From NCBI GenBank assembly GCA_050178385.1, contig JBFXGD010000002.1, forward strand, positions 842-64,841: a DNA stretch of 64,000 nt, read 5' to 3'. Every line of letters starts with the position of its first letter. The stretch's first letter is position 1. The stretch is from Calditrichaceae bacterium (GTDB taxonomy: Bacteria; Calditrichota; Calditrichia; Calditrichales; JBFXGD01). A program made the position numbers and the translations under genes. Positions 26,697 to 36,261 of this stretch are shown piece by piece. Under the pieces are notes generated by a model. It did no database searches. It had not been told where the DNA came from and worked only from the letters and a program-made list of their open reading frames with translations.

Positions 26697-27437
26697 TCAG
26701 CAGGCTTCATCTATATTTTTATAGTGTTCCGCGATCACATTTGGGACATCGGTAATTATTCCCTTAACCTCATCAAAGCCGGAAAGTCTGCTCAAATCGT
26801 TAATATTATTGACGGTCCAGGCAAAAACAGGCATATCTCTTTTTCGGGCCTCAGACACCAGCCTTTCATCGATAATCGAATGAAGCGGATGCAACGTGTC
26901 AATCCCGGTCAAATTATTTATAACTCGGTGGAAAAGGAATAGACGTTTAAATAAATATCCCGTTCGGATTTTACCGTTTATTGATTTGAGTGCGTTAAGC
27001 AGAAACGGATTAAAAGAAGAAACCCAGATTTGCTCCGCGGCTCCGCTGTTTTGTATAACTTTATTGAGGTTATGGGCAAGTTTCCGGTTGCCGAAGATAC
27101 CTGATTTTGCCTCGATATTAATCGGTACTGTATTTTTAAAATGCTCGATAACTTCTGATAATTTTGGTATATGTACTTCTGCGGATTCAGGTAGATTTTC
27201 GAATTTCATACCACGTAACTGTTCTGAGGTCGTGCGACTGACACGAGCGGGAGAGCCAAATAACCGTTTTAACGAAAAATCGTGAAAAATTACCAGCTCA
27301 TGGTCACCACAAAGCCGGATATCAAGCTCCAGCCCGTTCGCGCCTTCCTTTAACGCTGTTTCCATGGCGGGAATGGTGTTTTCGGGGTAAAGATTACCGT
27401 TTCCCCGGTGGGAAATGATAAGTGGATTCAATTTCAA
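26697..27437 (-). CDS. Glycerophosphodiester phosphodiesterase
   Basis: ISHRGNGNLYPENT, LELDIRLCGDHELVIFHD, and a C-terminal VFAWTVN..GIITD pattern of the GDPD family. Confidence 0.88.
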   Translation of the reverse strand: MKLNPLIISHRGNGNLYPENTIPAMETALKEGANGLELDIRLCGDHELVIFHDFSLKRLFGSPARVSRTTSEQLRGMKFENLPESAEVHIPKLSEVIEHFKNTVPINIEAKSGIFGNRKLAHNLNKVIQNSGAAEQIWVSSFNPFLLNALKSINGKIRTGYLFKRLFLFHRVINNLTGIDTLHPLHSIIDERLVSEARKRDMPVFAWTVNNINDLSRLSGFDEVKGIITDVPNVIAEHYKNIDEAC

Positions 27438-27439
27438 TT

Positions 27440-28561
27440 CTACCGGTTCAATATTTCATTGTAATAATCTAAATAGAGTGGAACCACTTTGTCAGCATTA
27501 TATTTGCTGACGGCCAATTCCCTGGCGTTCTTACCAAATGAAATTCTCAGGTCCTTATCTTCGAGCAGACGACTTACGTACCCGGCAAATGCCCTGGTAT
27601 CTCCAATATCGACCGTAAAACCTGTTTCACCATGAATATTAACTTCGGGCAATCCACCGGCGTTAGTAGAGACGCAGGGTACGCCGCAGGCCATCGCTTC
27701 AAGCACCGCTAATCCGAAACTTTCGTTTTCACTCGGCAACAAGAATACATCGGTACCGGCCAGAATTTCACTAATATTTTCCTGTTTGCCCAGAAATAAT
27801 ATATATTTACATAATCCTTTTTCCCGGCATTCTTTTTCTACACGATAACGCTCAGGTCCATCGCCGACCATGAGAAGTTTGAATTTGAATTTTTTTGAAA
27901 GCTCCTCGACCACGGGGATCAATTCGTGGACCCTTTTCAGTGGCCTGAAATTTGAGATATGTGTAAGGACAAATTCATCATCACTTACACAGTAAGGTTT
28001 AACGCTTTTTGAATCACGTATTTCCAAAAAATCATCGGGAATAAAATTTGGAATAACCCGAATATCGTTTTTGATCTGAAAAGTGCTTTCCGTCTCTTTT
28101 TTTAGAAAATCTGATACGGCGGTTACACCATTACTTTGCTCTATGGAAAACTTTACGATTTTGATATAGGAAGGATCCGATCCGATTAGGGTAATATCCG
28201 TACCATGTAAGGTGGTGATGAATTTAAAATCCTTTTTTTCCGTCATCTCTCTCGCCAGATAAGCGCTGGTCGCGTGGGGAATGGCATAATGTACATGAAG
28301 TATGTCCAGATTGGCGGATTCTATGATTTCAGCCATTTTTGATGCCAGTGAAAGGGAATAGGGCGGATATTCAAATAAAGGATATTTGAGAACTTCAACT
28401 TCATGAAAGAAAAGATTCGCGGTAAATCGGTTCAATCTGTAGGGCAGGGCATAAGTAATAAAATGCACTTCATGCCCCATTTGCGCAAATTTTTTACCCA
28501 GTTCGGTTGCCACAACTCCGCTTCCGCCATAAGTCGGATAACATGTAATCCCTATTTTCAT
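27440..28561 (-). CDS. bshA: N-acetyl-alpha-D-glucosaminyl L-malate synthase (GT4 glycosyltransferase, bacillithiol biosynthesis)
   Basis: MKIGITCYPTYGGSGVVATELGKKFAQMGHEVHFI is the characteristic BshA N-terminus. C-terminal GT4 E-x7-E region (PSENESFGLAVLEAMACGVP). Confidence 0.85.
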   Translation of the reverse strand: MKIGITCYPTYGGSGVVATELGKKFAQMGHEVHFITYALPYRLNRFTANLFFHEVEVLKYPLFEYPPYSLSLASKMAEIIESANLDILHVHYAIPHATSAYLAREMTEKKDFKFITTLHGTDITLIGSDPSYIKIVKFSIEQSNGVTAVSDFLKKETESTFQIKNDIRVIPNFIPDDFLEIRDSKSVKPYCVSDDEFVLTHISNFRPLKRVHELIPVVEELSKKFKFKLLMVGDGPERYRVEKECREKGLCKYILFLGKQENISEILAGTDVFLLPSENESFGLAVLEAMACGVPCVSTNAGGLPEVNIHGETGFTVDIGDTRAFAGYVSRLLEDKDLRISFGKNARELAVSKYNADKVVPLYLDYYNEILNR

Positions 28562-28564
28562 CTG

Positions 28565-30091
28565 CTACATCACCATTTTTTCGTTAAATTCCTGAATCTG
28601 ATTTCGTCCGTTTCGTTTCGCATAATACAGCGCCGTGTCCGATTGATTTATTAAACTCTTATAATCCATAGAATCTTCCTGCAAAGATGCAACTCCGATG
28701 CTTACGGTAATATTTCCGTTGGGCTGCACCTCTTCGTGATCAAATTTGGCGCTTTCGATTCTTTCCCTTAAACGTTCGGCGAGAATTTTTGCTCCGTCTC
28801 TGTCAACCGCCGGCAGAATTACCGCAAATTCCTCCCCACCGTATCTTGCGACGATGTCGTTTTCACGAACGGTCTCTTTGAGTATATGACCGAGTTTACG
28901 AAGAACTTCATCACCGGCCTGATGACCAAGAGTATCGTTATAATTTTTAAAAAAATCAACATCCAGAATCAGAAGTGAGAGTCCAGTTTTGGTACGATTA
29001 TGACGTACCACCTCTTCTTTTAATCTCAGCTCAAAATATCGGAAATTGTGCAATTCAGTCATTCCGTCCGTATATGAAAGCTGTTCAACTTCATTATATA
29101 ACGCCGCGTTTGTTACGGCAACTGATATCATATTGCTTAGAATGGAAATCTGCTGTAATTCCCGTTCCTCATAATTCAGGTCCCTTACCCTGGGGCCCAG
29201 ACAGATAAGCCCTTCAAGTGAATTTTTAACAATAATGGGGGTAATAATCTCAATATGCAGGTTTAGCATCCTTTTTAACGCGGATGAATTTTTTAGTTTA
29301 TCGCTCATTTCCCTCAGCTTGACCGGATAACCGCGTGTTTCGAAAAATTTTTCCAGCGGATCACTTTTTTGAATCACAAGATCAGCGATATCTTTTTGAA
29401 AAAATCCCTTTGAATTAGTGACTTCGAGCCTTCTGGTCGCCGGCTTCATCGCATATAGAAATAACACGCTCTTGCAGGAAAACTGCCCAATAATAGTCAG
29501 CAGCGTGGAGTTGATCAGGCGCTTCATTTCAAGTATCGAATTGAGTTCCATAGAAATTTCAAACAAGGTATGAAGACCAAAAATATTTTTTCTCAATTCC
29601 CTGTTTTTCTCTATCAGAGTTTGATTAAGGTTGTTGATTTGCCTGTTAGCAGTGGTAAGCTGCAAGGATTGGCTAAGAAGTAGTTCATTCAGTTTTTTTA
29701 GCCGTAAGGCCGAATTGACGCGCGCGATGAGTTCATCCAGATGAAAAGGTTTTACCAAATAATCATCAGCGCCCGCACCGAGGCCCTGCACAATGTCACT
29801 CACCGTGTTTTTGGCGGTGATAATAATGATAGGGGTATAATTAGAGCCCTGATCAATCTTTTTTATTTCTTTAATTACCTCCAGCCCGGACATCCCCGGA
29901 AGCATTATATCCATAAGAATCAGGTCGGGTTCTTCATCCTTGAATTTTTGTAAACCCACTTCACCGTTTTCAGCTTCGATGGCCGTATAATTCTGAGATT
30001 TTAGATACTTTTTAAGTATCTTCATCATGTCCTGGTGGTCTTCGACGATCAATATTTTTTTTTGGTCTGTAACTTCCATATTTTTTCTCAT
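28565..30091 (-). CDS. Response regulator with GAF-like and GGDEF (diguanylate cyclase) domains
   Basis: REC motifs ILIVEDH, LILMDIMLPGMSG, KPF. Coiled linker, a central GAF-like segment, and a GGDEF domain with RYGGEEFAVILP. Confidence 0.88.
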   Translation of the reverse strand: MRKNMEVTDQKKILIVEDHQDMMKILKKYLKSQNYTAIEAENGEVGLQKFKDEEPDLILMDIMLPGMSGLEVIKEIKKIDQGSNYTPIIIITAKNTVSDIVQGLGAGADDYLVKPFHLDELIARVNSALRLKKLNELLLSQSLQLTTANRQINNLNQTLIEKNRELRKNIFGLHTLFEISMELNSILEMKRLINSTLLTIIGQFSCKSVLFLYAMKPATRRLEVTNSKGFFQKDIADLVIQKSDPLEKFFETRGYPVKLREMSDKLKNSSALKRMLNLHIEIITPIIVKNSLEGLICLGPRVRDLNYEERELQQISILSNMISVAVTNAALYNEVEQLSYTDGMTELHNFRYFELRLKEEVVRHNRTKTGLSLLILDVDFFKNYNDTLGHQAGDEVLRKLGHILKETVRENDIVARYGGEEFAVILPAVDRDGAKILAERLRERIESAKFDHEEVQPNGNITVSIGVASLQEDSMDYKSLINQSDTALYYAKRNGRNQIQEFNEKMVM

Positions 30092-30254
30092 GGCCTTTTG
30101 ATTAAATGATCATATTGATTTAGAATATATAAATATATAATTTCATTAAAAATATTTATTAAATTTTAGTCATCCGGACTCCAATTGAAGTTTCTGTTTG
30201 ATTATTTATACATCATATAATAAATATATTTAGAAAAATATCAGGGGTGTTGAT

Positions 30255-30704
30255 GTGAAGCAAATCAATTTTTACGCGTTTTTTATTTTCTGTTTGATTA
30301 TTTTGACCAATATTTTAATACAAAGCTGCGATAGCGGAACAAATCCGGCCGATATCGATTATGTGCTGCCTGAGAAAAATCTGAGTTATTATGATGACCT
30401 TCAGCCGATGTTCAATGGCAAATGCGCGTTTGAATCCGGATGTCATGGAACAAATACTAAATTTTCTTTAAGTTTCGATACAAAAGACGAGTTTATGAAC
30501 TATCGTTTTACACAGACAGGTGAAAAACTGGTGGACGTCGTGAGAGATCTCCCTGAACCTGAGTTATCACCATTATACCTGATTGTCACAGAGGGATATT
30601 TCTCCTATAAAGAAATAAAACGGATGCCACTGGATCGGAATCGTCTTCCCCAAAACAATACCGACGGCATTAAACAATGGATAAAAGAAGGCGCAAAGGA
30701 CTGA
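30255..30704 (+). CDS. Small lipoprotein with a PSCyt1-like (planctomycete cytochrome c-like) domain carrying C-x5-CH
   Basis: Lipobox LIQSC. The pattern LQPMFNGKCAFESGCHG...LSF....F.......G..LV...........SPLYL.........MPL.RNRLP....DGIKQWIKEGA mirrors the PSCyt1 layout, but with CAFESGCH in place of CXXCH. GTG start. Confidence 0.5.
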   Translation: MKQINFYAFFIFCLIILTNILIQSCDSGTNPADIDYVLPEKNLSYYDDLQPMFNGKCAFESGCHGTNTKFSLSFDTKDEFMNYRFTQTGEKLVDVVRDLPEPELSPLYLIVTEGYFSYKEIKRMPLDRNRLPQNNTDGIKQWIKEGAKD

Positions 30705-30715
30705 TAAATACCGAA

Positions 30716-33361
30716 TTATAATTTCAAATGTACCTGAGAATAGGGAATAAGCCGCACAGGCCCGTATAATCCATATTCCCTTGAAAAATACTCGTTCTGA
30801 CATCCGGCATTCTGTCCCGCCAGATAATTTGACAGGTTGTTCGCGACCGTGATGCTTATTTTATTTTCTCCCGACGTAACATAGTTTGTGATATCAAAAA
30901 ACCATGGAGGGGAATAAATACTCCCGACGAATTGATCATTAACGGATAATCTGCACCAGTCGCTTAAATCTCCCAGATCAAGCAGCAGTTTTTTGCTGTC
31001 CAGATAATCTTCGTTAATTACGATAAGTTTGTGATAAGTAAGAAAGTCGCTGTAGAACGGAAACGCGGCGCTCTGATCTCCAAGATGAACCTTATTTTTA
31101 AAATGTTTGCTTTCCAGGAACCAGTTTTCAGTGCTTACCACCAGAATCGCAAGTTTATTTTTTATTTGATAAGTTAATTTTTTAATCTCCGTGTCTTTCC
31201 TGACAGTCACTGAATAATCGCCCAGTTCTCTTTGCCATCCTGTGAGTTCCAGTTCAGATTCATTTTGTTTAAGAATCTCACAATGATCCATCTGCGACGC
31301 ACTTAGCTGCCAGTATTTTTCAGCTTTCGTCTTATCGATAATAATCAGATTGCTTTCTCCGCCGTGTAATTTTACAAAAAAGGTCAGACCGTCTGAGTCA
31401 CATATCCATTCCGGGACGGGTACTTTCCGCGTGCTTCCAAATTCCAGTTTGTAAGGGACGCCAATAAGACGCGTTCTAAATTTTATCTCAATTTTTTCAT
31501 CTCTATTGGAATTAAAAAGAAACAGAATATAGGATTCATCCGTTTCCCGTAAGATATATTTGAGTCCGGGTCGTTTTGTTTCAGGGAAGATAATTATATG
31601 CGGTTTAAGGTCCTGCAGAACTTCGGAGAAACGGTCGATATTTTCCTGAAAATATCCCATTCCTCCTGAACCGTTAAGTTTGAAATGCGTGCTGGGAAGA
31701 TCGGCTTCTTCCGGCCATATTTCACTCTTTAGCTCATTAAACCCGTCTTGATTATTTGATGAATAATCTTTTAAAGGGAGCTGCGCCAAAGCAATAACAA
31801 AGCCGCCATTGGCATAAAAAGCCGCCAATTTTTTCAAAGTGGTCAGAGGCAAAGTATCTATACCGGGTAAAATGATAAATTTGAAATTTTTGTCCCGAAA
31901 TTTTAACTTGCCGTTTTCAACCTGACAAAATTTATCATCTTCCAGAGTACTAAACTCAATCACATCATAATCAAGACTCAATTCTTCTGCTTTTTTTATC
32001 GTTTTAAAAAATGAAGTCTTGTCTTCATCAAGATCGGGATACACAATAAGGAATTCAGGTCTGTGTTTACCTTCCCGAAGATATAATTCCATTCCCCGGA
32101 GATGATCGTACCAGTGTATGTATTCTTTAAAATTGGGATCAGTTTCTGGAAGATCGCTGTAAAATTTGTTGTCAAACGCGGGTAGTTTAAAATAGAACCT
32201 GTTCACTCCGCGGCTCATGAGATAATCAATCTGATATTTCTTTTCGCGAAATGAATATCCGGTATTTATAATATCATGGATGCCCGCTTTAATTTCCGTG
32301 ATATTGTCTTTCAATGCTTGTGCGGAAGCTCTTTTCAAATTTGCGATTACCTGATATAAATATGGGCTTTCGGGATAGAATTGTTTTTCATCTATCATAA
32401 ATATGCATTTTGAACTGAATTGAGTTCCGGGAATGAGTGAATTTATCGCGTTAACCGTAAATTCATTTTTATTCTTCTTGCTGCTTAGGAGCGGGTGAAT
32501 TTCCGTGTCTATGTATCCGCAAAAAAACCGGTTGAATTTTATGCTTTGACTGAATGATTTTCCACCGTTTAGTAAAAATTCCGTCATATCATAAATAAAA
32601 TCACTTTGAGTCGATTTTTTATACGCTTTTCTGATGGAATCGGTTGAGGAAACTAAAAAATCATTCTTTATGATACGGTCCAGATCGAAGTAGATGCCTC
32701 TCTCGGGATGATTCTGATTTGAATCGATATTGTTGTCAATCTTACCGTCAGTTAAAGACGAATAGTCATGATAAAATACCGGCTTTTTTTCAAAGTAGAC
32801 CAGTAATTTCCGTATGACGATAATCCGAATATCATCAACAGGGGCAGTTCTGACGTGAAGTACGCCGCTATTTGGATTAAGATATTCTGTGATATCCTTA
32901 ATGTTCTGAGTCGGTGTTGTGCCTGGTGACATGAACACCGCTTCTATATCTTCAGGTGAAGGAATTGTAAGAATTGCGTGTTTTTTATTTGTTTTAATGA
33001 TATAAATTTCAGGTTCATCTCCCCAAAAACGAAAAATATCAAACCCGAAAAAATTCTGATTTTTATAGTACTGGTTCGTACAGAAAAGCAGAGGCTGTAT
33101 CATTTGCCTTAACCGATCCCGGTTTTTATTTAACAACAGGAGAGAATTATGCGAAATATACCGGGTGCAATTAATATCCGAATCAGAGTTTTGAACAGTA
33201 TGAAAAAATGATTCCGGTTCCCCGGAAATATTCCTTATCGACAGAGACTGTACCTTCATAGAATTGAGGATGACCAGAATGTCAGATAAATACGCGTTGT
33301 CAAGCCGGCCGTTAATGTCAATAAATGCTGAAACCGTCTGAGAAGGTTTTTGGGGTATCAA
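30716..33361 (-). CDS. Large hypothetical protein (881 aa), glycoside-hydrolase-like: GH42-middle-like flavodoxin-type segment and C-terminal galactose-binding-like jelly roll
   Basis: No signal peptide seen. The central FKFIILPGIDTLPLTTLKKLAAFYANGGFVIAL resembles the GH42 trimerisation/GATase-like domain. The C-terminal DWCRLSVNDQFVG..PPWFFDIT.YV.SGENKISITVANNL...YGLYGPVRLIPY resembles GH2-type sugar-binding domains. TTG start. Confidence 0.45.
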   Translation of the reverse strand: MIPQKPSQTVSAFIDINGRLDNAYLSDILVILNSMKVQSLSIRNISGEPESFFHTVQNSDSDINCTRYISHNSLLLLNKNRDRLRQMIQPLLFCTNQYYKNQNFFGFDIFRFWGDEPEIYIIKTNKKHAILTIPSPEDIEAVFMSPGTTPTQNIKDITEYLNPNSGVLHVRTAPVDDIRIIVIRKLLVYFEKKPVFYHDYSSLTDGKIDNNIDSNQNHPERGIYFDLDRIIKNDFLVSSTDSIRKAYKKSTQSDFIYDMTEFLLNGGKSFSQSIKFNRFFCGYIDTEIHPLLSSKKNKNEFTVNAINSLIPGTQFSSKCIFMIDEKQFYPESPYLYQVIANLKRASAQALKDNITEIKAGIHDIINTGYSFREKKYQIDYLMSRGVNRFYFKLPAFDNKFYSDLPETDPNFKEYIHWYDHLRGMELYLREGKHRPEFLIVYPDLDEDKTSFFKTIKKAEELSLDYDVIEFSTLEDDKFCQVENGKLKFRDKNFKFIILPGIDTLPLTTLKKLAAFYANGGFVIALAQLPLKDYSSNNQDGFNELKSEIWPEEADLPSTHFKLNGSGGMGYFQENIDRFSEVLQDLKPHIIIFPETKRPGLKYILRETDESYILFLFNSNRDEKIEIKFRTRLIGVPYKLEFGSTRKVPVPEWICDSDGLTFFVKLHGGESNLIIIDKTKAEKYWQLSASQMDHCEILKQNESELELTGWQRELGDYSVTVRKDTEIKKLTYQIKNKLAILVVSTENWFLESKHFKNKVHLGDQSAAFPFYSDFLTYHKLIVINEDYLDSKKLLLDLGDLSDWCRLSVNDQFVGSIYSPPWFFDITNYVTSGENKISITVANNLSNYLAGQNAGCQNEYFSREYGLYGPVRLIPYSQVHLKL

Positions 33362-33687
33362 AAGTACTCCTTTTTCAGTTATTCTTCACACACTGAATTC
33401 AGAATTAATCGCAATTGATGATATTTCCGGAAATTCCGGATCAGGACACCGGTTTAATAATTCGTTTTATCATCAAATATATTTGTTTTAAACGTAAATT
33501 ATTTTAAAATTCACTCTTGTTCGAAGGAATAACGGGTATATTGATAATTTTGAATTAAGTTATCATTATCATTATGACATTGTTGAGTAATAAGTCACAT
33601 TTCAACAATTTTTTTGATAATTTATAAAAAAGAAAAATAAATGTATCTCTTACAAGTTTTGAATGCTCAAGGATTAATAAATTAACA

Positions 33688-34440
33688 ATGTATATAAAAA
33701 AAACCGTATTGTTCGCGTCTCTCTTGTTATTCGGCGCCGGCCTCATCCTTGCAGGCTACATCTATTATTCAATACCCGATATGTCTTATCTGGAAAGAAA
33801 AAATCCGGATATGACCGCGCTTATGAAAATGAGAGTTGCGGATGAGAAGGCTGCCGGGAAAAAATTACACATCCGACAATACTGGGTAGCTTTTGACAAT
33901 GTCCCCGAAATCCTGAAAAAATCTATCCGCATTACTGAAGACGCGTCCTTTTATTCGCATGAGGGCGTTGATAGAATTGAATTATGGGAATCGGTAAAAA
34001 GAAACTGGGAGAAGGGCAGGTACGCGCGCGGAGGCAGTACCATAACGCAGCAGCTCGCGAAAAATTTATTCCTCAGTACCGAAAAAAGCCTGCTCCGCAA
34101 AGTCAAAGAAATTATAATTGCCCGAAAAATGGAGCAAACTCTGAGCAAAAACAGAATTTTCCAGCTGTATTTGAACGTCATTGAATTCGGTCCGGGAATC
34201 TTTGGAGTTGAAGCGGCATCAAGGTCATATTTCAGTAAAAGTGTTACTGAATTAAATTTGGAAGAAGCCGTCCGTCTGACAGCAGTAATCCCCAGGCCTC
34301 TGATCACAAGCCCGACCGATAACAGCAGATGGCTCAACTGGAAATCCAGATGGATTTTAGGCAAACTGTTGAAATACGGTTATATTAGCCAGGGTGAATA
34401 TGATGAAACTATTGAAAAATTCGTCTCCGGAAAAAATTGA
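33688..34440 (+). CDS. mtgA: Monofunctional biosynthetic peptidoglycan transglycosylase
   Basis: N-terminal TM anchor. GT51 motifs ITEDASFYSHEGVD, GGSTITQQLAKNLF, RKVKE and ILQLYLNVIEFG. Confidence 0.9.
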   Translation: MYIKKTVLFASLLLFGAGLILAGYIYYSIPDMSYLERKNPDMTALMKMRVADEKAAGKKLHIRQYWVAFDNVPEILKKSIRITEDASFYSHEGVDRIELWESVKRNWEKGRYARGGSTITQQLAKNLFLSTEKSLLRKVKEIIIARKMEQTLSKNRIFQLYLNVIEFGPGIFGVEAASRSYFSKSVTELNLEEAVRLTAVIPRPLITSPTDNSRWLNWKSRWILGKLLKYGYISQGEYDETIEKFVSGKN

Positions 34441-34494
34441 CCGCAGATCAAAAATCCTTTGTTAATTCAGGTATGATCAATTAAGCAGTTATCT

Positions 34495-36261
34495 ATGAAG
34501 AAAAATATATTTTATCTGGCATCTATTTTTGTCCTTATCCTTTGTTTAAGGTCATTTGGGCAAAACTCCGTCACGGTCACAAAGGTTGAGTTTGCCGGTA
34601 ACTTCATTGGCTCTAACGCCGAAGTTAAAAATGGGTGGGGGCTTAAAAAAGGGCGGATTTTTTATAAAAGACTGCTTGCGGAGAGTGTTGACAGTTATGG
34701 CAGGTACCTCAATGACCTGGGTTATCTTTTCGCCAGGATCGATTCAGTTCAGACAATATATGAAAATGATTCAACACAGGTTTTGCTCAAAATTTATGGT
34801 GACGAGGGAAAACGCGTTGTATGGGGAAAGATTGAGATCGAATCCGACTCCGTTTCAGCCGGCTTGTACCGCCGCCAATTAAACGTCAGTAAAAATTCAT
34901 ATTATTCGCGCGTACGTTTCGAAAAGGATTTGAAACGGCTCCTGTCCGTGGCTGCTGATTCCGGATTTTTATTTGCCGATGCTGATTTTGAGAATATGCA
35001 ATTCAGACCTGATGGCAATATATATTATTTAGACGTTAATCTTAAAATCAATGAGAACGAGCGGGCATATATACGGAACATAATAGTAAAGGGTAATCAT
35101 TATACAAGAGACGATGTCATTTTAAGAGAACTGAACATTAGCGGCGGGGATGTTTATTCCGATCGGAGGATAAAGCAGATACCTGAAAAATTGACACGTC
35201 TTTCATTTTTTAAAAATGTAAAAAAACCGGCCATTTTAATGAATGGTGACAAAGATATAGATCTGATAATCGAAGTGGAAGAGGGGAACGCCACATATTT
35301 TGACGGTGTTGTGGGCTATATACCGGGTGACAATACGGAAGCCAACCCTGACGGATATTTCACGGGACTGGTTGATCTGAATTTTAAGAATCTGTTTGGC
35401 ACAGGCCGCCGGTTTGATATTCACTGGAAAAAAGCCGATCAATATTCTGAGGAATTTAGTCTGGCATATACAGAGCCATGGATATTAGGTTATCCGTTTG
35501 ATCTTGGCCTGGGACTGGACAGGACCGTAAGAGACAGCACTTATGTTGAATGGAATTACAACCTGAATGCTCGTCTTAAAATATTTGATAATCTTTCGTT
35601 GGTAGGATTATTGGAACAAAAAACGGTGACTCCTGATTCGGCCGCGAGCAGGGATCTCAGACTGGCAAAAAATTCATTGTTTAATATGGAAATCGGGGTT
35701 GAATATGATACCAGAGATTATCAGATAAATCCGAGATCCGGAATATTTTATAATAGTTCCTATAGTTACGGGGTCAAAAATAATTCCGGTCCAGGCTATC
35801 TTCTGGAAGATGATGATATTTCAAAAAATGAAGAGATTCAGACAGTTAAATTAAGATTTGACTGGTTATATAATTTTTATAAAAATCAGGTGTTTTCCGT
35901 CTCATTGAACGCGAACCAGATCAAAGGGGACCGTCTGCAGTTGTCTGATTACTTTTGGTTTGGAGGTTCGAGAAGTCTGCGTGGATACAGGGAAAATCAG
36001 TTCAGGGGAGATATTGTGGCCTGGTCAAACATTGAGTACCGATTTATTCTTAACCGAAATTCTCGTATATTTCTGTTCAGTGACTGGGGGTATTACCAGT
36101 ATTCGGAAAATGACAAGATTATAGATGATACGCTTCCCGGCTATGGTATCGGCATTCGCATGGATACCCCGATGGGTATTCTTGGTGTAGATTTTGGTCT
36201 TGGACGGGGTGACAGTTTCAGCGAAGGTAAAATACATTTTGGCATTATTAACAGGTTTTAA
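34495..36261 (+). CDS. Omp85/BamA-family outer-membrane protein (POTRA + beta-barrel), short form
   Basis: Signal peptide. POTRA-like repeats (I..I.V.GN..T.D.VILRE..I..G). C-terminal barrel with GGSRSLRGY and a terminal ...HFGIINRF. Confidence 0.78.
   Translation: MKKNIFYLASIFVLILCLRSFGQNSVTVTKVEFAGNFIGSNAEVKNGWGLKKGRIFYKRLLAESVDSYGRYLNDLGYLFARIDSVQTIYENDSTQVLLKIYGDEGKRVVWGKIEIESDSVSAGLYRRQLNVSKNSYYSRVRFEKDLKRLLSVAADSGFLFADADFENMQFRPDGNIYYLDVNLKINENERAYIRNIIVKGNHYTRDDVILRELNISGGDVYSDRRIKQIPEKLTRLSFFKNVKKPAILMNGDKDIDLIIEVEEGNATYFDGVVGYIPGDNTEANPDGYFTGLVDLNFKNLFGTGRRFDIHWKKADQYSEEFSLAYTEPWILGYPFDLGLGLDRTVRDSTYVEWNYNLNARLKIFDNLSLVGLLEQKTVTPDSAASRDLRLAKNSLFNMEIGVEYDTRDYQINPRSGIFYNSSYSYGVKNNSGPGYLLEDDDISKNEEIQTVKLRFDWLYNFYKNQVFSVSLNANQIKGDRLQLSDYFWFGGSRSLRGYRENQFRGDIVAWSNIEYRFILNRNSRIFLFSDWGYYQYSENDKIIDDTLPGYGIGIRMDTPMGILGVDFGLGRGDSFSEGKIHFGIINRF

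Noticed and set aside
33425-33440. The repeat TTCCGGA-aa-TTCCGGA upstream of the 881-aa gene, as a possible operator.
   Set aside because: It is only two 7-nt copies, which is too short to distinguish from chance without comparative data. I mention it only as context under the 881-aa protein finding.
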